Shown: one piece after another, positions 26,570 through 36,990 of the stretch
How the letters are laid out: each line of letters opens with the position of its first letter
Numbering within the stretch: the stretch's first letter is position 1
Assembly (NCBI GenBank): GCA_038087875.1
Contig: CM075987.1
Coordinates: 17,796,001 to 17,860,000, forward strand
Direction: 5' to 3'
Source of the DNA: Malacoraja senta
Lineage: Eukaryota
Length of the DNA stretch: 64,000 nt
Made by a program: the position numbers and the translations under genes
The notes under the pieces: model-generated
Told to the model about the DNA's origin: nothing
The model's input: only the letters and a program-made list of their open reading frames with translations
Database searches by the model: none

Positions 26570-29500
26570 AATAGTAAAATTAGACGAGAACTTACCAGTT
26601 TGAAGTTTGATCTTTATTTTATGAGGAGTTACGTTGGTGATTACGTGAAGAAGACCCGTCAGGGCGCATGTGCGTCAATCTTCAAAGCAGTGGTATGAAA
26701 TCACAGATAACACAATATTTGAAGTAACATATTAAGATGAGCAACATGAGAACTACCATATGACCTTTTTTATGAGAGAGGGTTGGGCGTGGCGGGCACG
26801 TAATCACCAACGTAACTCCTCATAAAATAAAGATCAAACTTCAAACTTGGTAAGTTCTCGTTTAATCTTACTATTTTACTTCGGAGTCACGTTTGTGACT
26901 ACGTGAAGGGTTCAAAGCTCTGTGATTTTATGCCGCAGATCCAAATCCCGGCCTCACTGCATTGATTGACTTTCGATGAGAAACAATCAATAATGCGTTA
27001 AACATGAAATGTTAATATCATGCAGTAACAATTGATTTGAATAATCAAAACAAACAGTAACCCGTCTATCCCAGGGGAACTAAACAGGACTTAATACTGA
27101 ATTTGCAAACAGCCTCTCTCCGATTGGCGATCGGCCGATGGTAAAATTTAAAAAAATAATTAATTTGACCATCCGACACCTATAAAATATGGCCGCTGTG
27201 AACATCCATAGTCCTAGCCGATGACGTTGCTGCTGCACTAGTGGAAAAGGATATATACACTTCAGTGTTAATACCTGCCTTAATCAACATTTGCTTTAAA
27301 ACACCTTGAGATAGTCTGCACCAGCACTCTCCTGTGTGGCTTCATGTAACTGATAAACAATGCTGTTTCCACATTTCTTAAGGTCTTTATAGCTTCAATA
27401 TAATGAAAATAAATGTGCCATTACACATAAACATGGATCAGTAGGTTATGCTGAAACACAATTTTAACAAACCTGTGACACCTGGCCTGCTCTGCTTAAG
27501 CAGTACCCAATTATATAACACAACATTCTCTTCAGCAACTTCCATCCTGTCCAGAAGAAGTGTTTGCAAAATCTGCACTTGCTATGCTGAACCAATGCCA
27601 AGAGCATAAAAACTTTCATGATTAGTTTGGCAAATTCAGAAACATGACAGGAACCTACTGTCGAAGCATCTTGAGGAACACACTTACATCCCAGATCGCC
27701 ATATACCTGGGTTTAGGAGGTTTCGAGTTGAAATTCCTTTCATCAATCCAGCTATGATATGATGAAACTCAATAGGATCTTTCCTGACCCCATCAAAACC
27801 ATACGATGACAAAGCACTTAATGTATTAATGGTGCTATAACTGAGCCCCGCATCATCGTAGAGTGTCAACAGGAACTCTAAAATATCCACAATACCTGCA
27901 GTAGTATAGTCAATATTATTTTGTACACAATATTGCTCCCATTTTTTTACGTAAGTAATATACCCCTTTTGAGTACTCTTTCTCCAGGCTACAGTGAGCA
28001 TGTCCACCGTTCACCCAGACAGTCCTTGCTTCAGGTATGGCCTTCTTAAAACCTGCAAACTAACAAGTCAATACAATCACATAACAGATGACTTTCCCGT
28101 GTTAGCGGATGCTCCAGTCAATTCCTACGCTTGGGAACCACCAAAAACAGGTTGGATCCCTAACTGTAACATCAAAGGGAACCATGCTTGATTCGGCCAA
28201 TTAGGTATTACAAGCACCCCCAAAGTGGCATCCTGCTTGATTTCTTGCAGACTCCGACCTATTAGGCAAAATGGTAGGAAAATATATAAAACATACCACC
28301 CCAATGTAACGTCAAAGTATAAATTGCAACTGCCACCTGGTCTGGTTTCCATGAAACCTATTTAGGCTGCTGATGGTTGAACCTTGATGCAAAACAAATC
28401 GATATCTGGCATTCATATACAAGTACTATATTATTGAACACCTCCTGGTTCAACATCCAATCTATGTTGTCATGGAACTTTCGTGACTTGGCGTCTGCTA
28501 TTATGTAGAATCTACCTGGTAGATAAATAGCTGAAATATATTTTTCCATGCACCAGCCCAAATGTGATTAGCCAATCTGTCACATTAATATATATGCTAC
28601 TTGTGTATTATTGTCAATCTGAAACTGAACATGCAGATAACATTTGTTAGAGCTTTAAGCCTCTTAATAGTTAATTGCCCATGTCTGCAGAAACGATGCC
28701 TCTTGCTCAGTCCATCTGCCTCCACAGCTGAAACTCGTATCCGTGACACCTCACCGAGTGCACTGACATTCATCTGCAAAATCATGGAAGGCTGGTCAAG
28801 CATTACCTTGCTATAACTTCTAGACACATGGTGAATCCACCATTGCAAATCAGAAATAGCCTTTACTGATAACTGCATAGGTCTATTATAATGACCCGAA
28901 TGTATCCTTAATGCCTCAATTAGCTTGATACACCTGTCAATTAGCTCTACCTTTTTTTCCCTGGGCAGTCACTTAATTGAATCAATTGTGACCCAAATAG
29001 TCAGGTGTTAATTTGGATTCCTCTGGATGGCTAATGCCCAATCTTTGAAAATTGGATTTAACAACTATCACCTGTTACTTCAGCTGTTCTCTTGGATACC
29101 CCTGTAATCAAGATATCATCGAGATAAGCCATGAACACCTGTACCCTGGCCTTTCAGCATGCCTCTTATAGGTTTTAACAATTTTGTTGCCATAGTTGAT
29201 CCATCCAGGTGAATTTCAAATATCCTGCAAATAAACAGACATTGAGTAATGCGCATCTTTAAGCTCTAGAGTCACCATATAGCATCCTCTTGCCCAGTTG
29301 CTTGGCAGTGACAATTCCATCTTACAATGTCTATACTACATCCCCCATATTTTTTTGGCCTGGGAAAATAGACACAAATTGATGGGTTGGTGAACCAACT
29401 TATAATTACACCTTTATCACATAAGCTTGCAAGCGCAGTCTGAACATCCATCTGTTCTGTTAATGAAAACTGAATAGTTCTACCAAGAACATGCTGAATG

Positions 29501-31274
29501 TGCAAATCACAATTTGGATTGAAATCCATTCGAAACCTTTGAATAACACACTGTATCAACAGAGCTAAGGTAATTCATCCCAGAAATAAATGTAATGTAC
29601 CCCAGTTTAAGTTGTGACACATTTGATATGTGCACCTGAGAACCAGGCCCACCTACCTCCTTGGTACCTGGTGGATGTTTGACCATGTTCCCGCTTCGTT
29701 TGTAGGGGTACTTTCTTTTTTGGAAACTTGCCAACTGCCGGTGGCTTGATCAAGCCCACCGTCTTTGCCTCGTCGTCCATGTCCTTGACACTCTTGGCGA
29801 GGTCCTCTCCGAAAAGTAGGTTTGCCGGCTGTATGTTGCTAGGCTGGAAAAATACTGCAATCTTGGAATTAATGGTGGGCCGAATGGCACTTTCCCTGAG
29901 ACAATTTATCTCAAAAATGGATGCTACAAAGCAACCCTAGTACCTCTTGCTGCGTCTCCGACACATGCCCTCCATCCACCGTTCTCGCGAACGCCGTGAT
30001 TCCTCAATCAAGTAATTTCAGGATTCTCTGCAGCTTCATCTCCTGGGCACTGCACGCCCATCTGGCTCCATATCACCCGGTTCACTGCTGGCACCTTCAG
30101 CAACTCGCAGTTACCCCGTCTCTTGGTGATTCCAGACTCTGACTGGACAGCGAATCGTACTGCCAGAGATGGGAACTCTGACAACGGCCGTCTTCGCTTT
30201 CCCAGTGGCATTCCATACTCTGACGGGACAGCAAATCGTGCTGCCAGAGAATGGACCTCTGACAACGGCCGTTCTTCGCTATTCAACAAAGTCTCCGTCT
30301 GAGTCGGGGCAGAACTGACCTGACCCTATCGTGGAGGCCAGCTCTTCTCCCAGTGGCACTCCATACTCTGACTGGACAGCGAATCGTGCTGCCAGAGAAT
30401 GGACCTCTGACAACGGCCGTTCTTCGCTTGTTCCAAGTCTCCGTCAGAGTCGGGGTCAGAACTTAGCTGACCCTCTGCACTCACCTCATGCATGAGGGTG
30501 CTTTAAGCAGCCCTCTACCAGGTGCTGCCGGCGTGGCCTTTCTGCAGCCTACCGCCCACACGACTCCTCCCCGGAGTGTGCGTTTCTGGAGCAACCTCTG
30601 GATGAGGTGCTCCGTTTGGGAGAACCGTTTAAAAACGTCTCCAGCCCCGTACAGGCTCGTTGTGGCCCGCCTCAGTTGAGTCCAAGGGCCTCCCAGACTT
30701 CCCCGTACCTTACGCCCGACTGCCGTTGGCTTTGGTGCATTTTAGCACTGAGTCTGAAGTCGCCCCGCTCCCGGTCGGCGACTGTGCAGGGGTACGAGGC
30801 AGCCGCTGACAGACCACATTCCCACGGCTCTCCTATGCTTTACCTGCGGCTGCCCTCCCCTGGTCATCTTCATCATGGTGCTGCCTGTAATAAAAAACAG
30901 AGCACCACAAATAAACGTTTCCCTCCAGCCAAGCTTCCCACTTAGCTGGAGCTTTAAACTATAAAAGTACTTTAAAATTACTTGCTACAGGAGGAGCTCT
31001 GTCCTCCCCTGCTCGTCTTCACCATGGTGCTGCCTGTGACAAAACACAGAGCACAGCACCACAGTGAAGGAACTTATTTTACTGTAGCTAAGTTTCTGAC
31101 AAGTTTCAGACTTAGCTGGAGCTTTAAAACTCTTTAAAAATACTCTAAAAGTACTTACATCGGGAGGAGCTCTGTCCTCCCGCTGTCTGTGCGCCAATGC
31201 AACCGATGTAATGACGCGCATGCGCCCTGACGGGTCTTCTTCATGTAGTCACAAATGTGACTCCGAAGTAAAAT
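26570..31274 (-). mobile_element. DIRS1-like retrotransposon, copy 2 (full length, decayed)
   Basis: ITR cores 26642-26677 and 31212-31247 are inverted. ICR 26797-26908 is complementary to both termini. RT FMAYLDDILI (~29105-29135). MT-like ICFASRFNHQ and FLPFCLIG...PNWPNQAWFP. YR AWRKSTQKGY...GLSYSTINT and FSTSAAATSSA (HSTR-like). AAT at both junctions. Confidence 0.93.
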
Positions 31275-31408
31275 GATATTTAGACAGGTACATTGATTGG
31301 AAAGTTTGGAGAGACATGGACCAGGCACGGGCTTCTGGGACAAACTCAGTTTGCAACTTGGTCCCCATGGACGATTTGGGGCTGAAGGGCCTGTTTCAAT
31401 GCTGTATA

Positions 31409-34400
31409 AGATACAATACAAAACAAAACAGTTTGTTTTGTATTGTATCCTAGGTAAGGGGAGTATGAGGGCCAGGGCAGTTTACTGTTCTGGATGTCAG
31501 ATGTGGGAAGTCATGGAGTCTGATAGCCCTCCAGACGTCCACATCTGTGCCAGGTGCATCGAGATGGGGCTCCTAAGGGACCGTATTAGGAACCTGGAGC
31601 AGCAGCTCGATGACCTCCGTCTGGTCAGGGAAAGCGAGGAAGTCATTGAGAGGAGTTACAGGGAGGTGGTCACTCCAAGACCACAGGAGGCAGGCAAGTG
31701 GATCACGGTTGGGAGAGGCAAGGGGCACAGGCAGGGACTAGAGAGTACCCCGGTGGCTGTACACCTTGACAATAAGTACTCCTGTTTGAGTACTGTTGGG
31801 GGGGACATCCTACCTGGGGGTAGCGACAGCAGCCAGGCCTCCGGTACAGAGACCGGTCCTGTTGCTCAGAAGGGTAAGGAAAAGAAGAGGAGGGCAATAC
31901 TAATAGGGGACTCTATAGTTAGGGGGTCAGACAGGCGATTCTGTGGATGCAGTCAGGAGACCCGGATGGTAGTTTGCCTCCCTGGTGCCAGGGTCTGTGA
32001 TGTGTCTCAACGTGTCCAAGATATCCTGAAAGGGGAGGGAGAGGAGCCCGAGGTCGTGGTACATATAGGTACCAATGACATAGGTAAAAAAAGAGAAGAG
32101 GTCCTGAAAGGAGAATTTAGGGAGTTAGGAGGGGAGTTAAAGAGAAGGACAGCAAAGGTAACAATCTCGGGATTACTGCCTGTGCCACGCAACAGTGAGA
32201 GTAGGAATGGAGCGAGGTGGAGGATAAATGCGTGGCTGAAGGACTGGTGCAGAGGGCAGGGATTCAAATTTCTGGATCATTGGGACCTCTTTTGTGGAAA
32301 GTGCGACCTGTACAAAAAGGACGGGTTGCACTTGAACCTGAGGGGGACCGATATCCTGGCGAGGAGATCTGCAAAGCTACTGGGGAGACTTTAAACTAAA
32401 ATGGTTGGGGGGAGGGACTCAAATAGAGAAAGCTATTAGACAGTGTGTGAGGCAGGAGGCAGAGAAGGAAAGCACTCAGACCCAACATGTAGGGGGGGAA
32501 GAAGAAAACAATAATAAACAGAGAATAAGAGGTGGTGGGGTTCTTAAATGGGTGAGCAGAGAAACAGAGGGGTGTAAAATGCGGGCGGAAGCAATAGGTA
32601 GCAAGGTGAAAAGTAAAAGTGGCAGGCAGACAAATCCAGGGCAAAAATCAAAAAGGGCCAGTTTTCAACATACTTGTATAAGGGGTAAGAGCGTTGTAAA
32701 AACAAGCCTGAAGGCTTTGTGTCTCAATGCAAGGAGCATTCGTAATAAGGTGGATGAGTTGAACGTGCAGATAGCTATTAATGATTATGATATAGTTGGG
32801 ATCACGGAGACATGGCTTCAGGGTGACCAAGGCTGGGAGCTGAACATCCAGGGATATTCAATATTCAGGAGGGATAGAGAGAAAGGAAAAGGAGGTGGGG
32901 TAGCGTTGCTGGTTAGAGAGGAGATTAACGCAGTGGAAAGGAAGGACATTAGCTTGGAGGATGTGGAATCGGTATGGGTAGAGCTGCGAAACACTAAGGG
33001 GCAGAAAACGCTGGTGGGTGTTGTGTACAGGCCACCTAGCAGTAGTAGTGAAGTTGGGGATGGCATCAAACAGGAAATTAGAAATGCGTGCAACAAAGGC
33101 AAAACAGTTATAATGGGTGACTTCAATCTACATATAGATTGGGTGAATCAAATTGGCAGAGGTGCTGAGGAAGAGATTTCTTGGAATGTATGCGGGATAG
33201 TTATCTAAACCAACATGTAGAGGAACCAACGAGACAGCAGGCTATTCTAGACTGGGTATTGAGTAATGAGGAAGGGTTAGTTAGCAGTCTTGTTGTGCGT
33301 GCCCCCTTGGGCAAGAGTGACCATAATATGGTTGAGTTCTTCATTAGGATGGAGAGTGACATTGTTAATTCAGAAACAATGGTTCTGAACTTAAAGAAAG
33401 GTAACTTTGAGGGTATGAGACGTGAATTGGCCAAGATTGACTGGCAATTAGTTCTAAAAGGTTTGACGGTGGATATGCAATGGAAGGCATTTAAAGACTG
33501 CATGGATGAACTACAAAAATTGTTCATCCCAGTTTGGCAAAAGAATAAAGCAGGGAAGGTAGTGCATCCATGGATAACAAGGGAAATCAGGGATAGTATC
33601 AAAGCAAAAGATGATGCGTACAAATTAGCCAGAAAAAGCAGCATACCAGAGGACTGGGAGAAATTCAGAGACCAGCAGAGGAGGACAAAGGGCTTAATTA
33701 GGAAAGGGAAAATAAATTATGAAAGAAAACTGGCAGGGAACATAAAAACTGACTGCAAACGTTTTTATAGATATGTGAAGAGAAAGAGATTAGTTAAAAC
33801 AAATGTAGGTCCCTTGCAGTCAGAAACAGGTGAATTGATCATGGGGAACAAGGATATGGCGGACCAATTGAATAACTACTTTGGTTCCGTCTTCACTAAG
33901 GAAGACATAAATAATCTGCCGGAAATAGCAGGGGACCGCGGGTCAAAGGAGATGGAGGAACTGAGTGAAATCCAGGTTAGTCGGGAAGTGGTGTTGGGTA
34001 AATTGAATGGATTAAAGGCCGATAAATCACCAGGGCCAGATAGGCTGCATCCCAGAGTACTTAAGGAAGTATTGGATGCATTAGTGATAATTTTTCAAAA
34101 CTCTTTAGATTCTGGAGTAGTTCCTGAGGATTGGAGGGTAGCAAACGTAACCCCACTTTTTAAGAAGGGAGGGAGAGAGAAAACGGGGAATTACAGACCA
34201 GTTAGTCTAACATCGGTAGTGGGGAAACTGCTAGAGTCAGTTATTAAAGATGGGATAGCAGCACATTTGGAAAGTGGTGAAATCATTGGACAAAGTCAGC
34301 ATGGATTTACGAAAGGTAAATCGTGTCTGACGAATCTTATAGAATTTTTCGAGGATGTAACTAGTAGAGTGGATAGGGGAGAACCAGTGGATGTGTTGTA

Positions 34401-35597
34401 TCTGGACTTTCAGAAGGCTTTCGACAAGGTACCACATAAGAGATTAGGATACAAACTTAAATCACACGGTATTGGGGGTTCAGTATTGATGTGGATAGAG
34501 AACTGGCTGGCAAACAGGAAGCAAAGAGTAGGAGTAAACGGGTCCTTTTCACAATGGCAGGCAGTGACTAGTGGGGTACCGCAAGGCTCAGTGCTGGGAC
34601 CCCAGCTATTTACAATTTATATTAATGATCTGGACGAGGGAATTGAAAGCAACATCTCCAAGTTTGCGGATGACACTAAGCTGGGGGGCAGTGTTAGCTG
34701 TGAGGAGGATGCTAGGAGACTGCAAGGTGACTTGGATAGGCTGGGTGAGTGGGCAAATGTTTGGCAGATGCAGTATAATGTGGATAAATGTGAGGTTATC
34801 CACTTTGGTGGCAAAAACGGGAAGGCAGACTATTATCTAAATGGTGGCCGATTAGGAAATGGGGAGGTGCAGCGAGACCTGGGTGTCATGGTACACCAGT
34901 CATTGAAAGTAGGCATGCAGGTGCAGCAGGCAGTGAAGAAAGCGAATGGTATGTTGGCCTTCATAGCAAGAGGATTTGAGTATAGGAGCAGGGAGGTTCT
35001 ACTGCAGTTGTACAGGGTCTTGGTGAGACCACACCTGGAGTATTGCGTACAGTTTTGGTCTCCAAATCTGAGGAAGGACATTATAGCCATAGAGGGAGTG
35101 CAGAGAAGGTTCACCAGACTGATTCCTGGGATGTCAGGACTTTCATATGAAGAAAGACTGGATAGACTTGGCTTATACTCGCTAGAATTTAGGAGATTGA
35201 GAGGGGATCTTATAGAAACGTACAAAATTCTTATGGGGTTGGACAGGCTAGATGCAGGAAGATTGTTCTCGATGTTGGGGAAGTCCAGGACAAGGGGTCA
35301 CAGCTTAAGGATAAGGGGGAAATCCTTTAAGACCGAGATGAGAAAAAACTTTTTCACACAGAGAGTGGTGAATCTCTGGAACTCTCTGCCACAGAGGGTA
35401 GTTGAGGCCAGTTCATTGGCTATATTTAAGAGGGAGTTAGATGTGGCCCTTGTGGCTAAAGGGATCAGGGGGTATGAAGAGAAGGCAGGTACGGGACTGA
35501 GTTGGATGATCAGCCATGATCATATTGAATGGCGGTGCAGGCTCGAAGGGCCGAATGGCCTACTCCTGCACCTATTTTCTATGTATCTATGTATCTA
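31409..35597 (+). mobile_element. Near full-length CR1 LINE (ORF1 + ORF2), probably chimeric
   Basis: ORF1 esterase, ORF2 APE-RT, (ctatgtat)n tail. tgtata at 31403-31408 and 35598-35603. Empty site visible at ~46030. Confidence 0.95.
31465..32394 (+). CDS. CR1 ORF1 protein (Cys-rich N-terminus, coiled coil, SGNH esterase)
   Basis: Open frame from ATG 31465: CSGC...CARC, LRDRIRNLEQQLDDL, IGDSIVR, PGAR, HIGTNDI, DGLHLN (SGNH blocks). Confidence 0.85.
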   Translation: MRARAVYCSGCQMWEVMESDSPPDVHICARCIEMGLLRDRIRNLEQQLDDLRLVRESEEVIERSYREVVTPRPQEAGKWITVGRGKGHRQGLESTPVAVHLDNKYSCLSTVGGDILPGGSDSSQASGTETGPVAQKGKEKKRRAILIGDSIVRGSDRRFCGCSQETRMVVCLPGARVCDVSQRVQDILKGEGEEPEVVVHIGTNDIGKKREEVLKGEFRELGGELKRRTAKVTISGLLPVPRNSESRNGARWRINAWLKDWCRGQGFKFLDHWDLFCGKCDLYKKDGLHLNLRGTDILARRSAKLLGRL

Positions 35598-35604
35598 TGT
35601 ATAG
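32405..35604 (+). pseudogene. CR1 ORF2 (APE endonuclease + RT), one frameshift near 33175
   Basis: LNARSIRNK, ITETWL, MGDFN in ORF 32405-33208; [36 protein letters not shown] in ORF 33181-35604. Confidence 0.9.
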
Positions 35605-36887
35605 ATATTTAAACATTGAAAAGCTGTGTGAAAATGTTACCCCTTTAAATCTTCCCCCTCTCACTTCCACCCTGTGCCCACTAGTTTTAAACTCCCCAAC
35701 ACCAGGGAAAAGACTTATCTTTGCCTCTCATAGTTTTATTAACTTCTGTAAAGTCACCCTTCAGCCTCCAATGATCATGAAAATAATCCCCATCCTCTTC
35801 GTGTTACACAAATCTAAAAACCCGTACAGACAGTCACATGGTTTCTGTGAAAAGCCAAGGATGTGGTTGTGGTGAAACTGAAAGCACTGCTCTCGATAAA
35901 ACAAGGCACAATCTGGGCAGAAGTCACACTGACAACCTGAAGCAGCCACTCACCTGTCCGGGACACTGAAGGAAGGAGCTGGTAATCAGTCACTGTGCGT
36001 TTTGCTGTCTATTGGTCTGTGTTACACTTATTCAGTGCTGCCTCTGGTGTTCAGTTCACTCACCTTCCAATGTTATTTCTGGCAGAGCGTGAGCGGTGAA
36101 ATCGTGTGATCGGAGCCACAGACACTACTCTCGTGAGAGGTAAGGACAAGAGAGGGGACAGAGACCGGCAGCAGCTGTGGGATTGCTACGATGGAGGTAT
36201 AGAAGGAGGGCCAGGTAGAGTGGGAGCGGCCGTGTTGGGAGGGATTGTGTGGTCAAACTGATGCTGCTGAGGTTTAAACCCAAACAGAAACTTACTGAGA
36301 TACGGCCACTAATGCCAAATTGATCACCAACTGTCACTTCACCCATTGATCTGACCATTCCATAGGACTACGCCCAGCATGGCCCCATCATTAGGTGGAC
36401 TATCTATCTTCTGGCACAAAAAGCTTTCTTAGATACATTTTAAAAACTCTACCCTCTGTAATCCTATCTCATGTAGATGATCCCACTTAATACTGGGGAA
36501 ATTCAAATCCCCGATTATTCCAATACAATTTGCCTCTGCAATTTGCATTGATATTTGCTCCTCTATCTTCTGCCAACTGTTGGGAATCTAATCCCCTCCT
36601 TTTTTCACCTCTACCCATGTTGTTGCATTTGAAGTGCCTGCTAAATCATCCTCCCTCATTAGTACAATGATGATGTCCTTCACAAATAATGCAATGCTCT
36701 CTCCTCTTTTACACTGCCCTTGTCATTCCTGGAACTTCTATACCTTTTAACATTGAATTACTAGTATTTCAACTATGCCTCAGTGATTGCAAAAATAACA
36801 TATACCCACGTATTGATCAGCGCTAAGTTCATCTGCTTTACTGGTCAGAATCTTTACAATAAAATAGATGCATTTTGACCTTCTCAT

Positions 36888-36990
36888 CATAGAAACATAG
36901 AAACATAGAAAATAGGTGCAGGAGGAGGCGATTCGGCCCTTCGAGCCTGCACTGACATTCATTGTGATCATGGCTGATCATCCCCAATCA
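36888..36990 (-). mobile_element. CR1 3' tail fragment
   Basis: (catagaaa)n plus the reverse complement of the CR1 3' UTR seen at 35500-35597. Confidence 0.8.

Noticed and set aside
31297..31464. N-terminal extension of CR1 ORF1 in the ORF track
   Set aside because: Starts at a non-ATG codon in flanking target DNA; the plausible start is ATG 31465.
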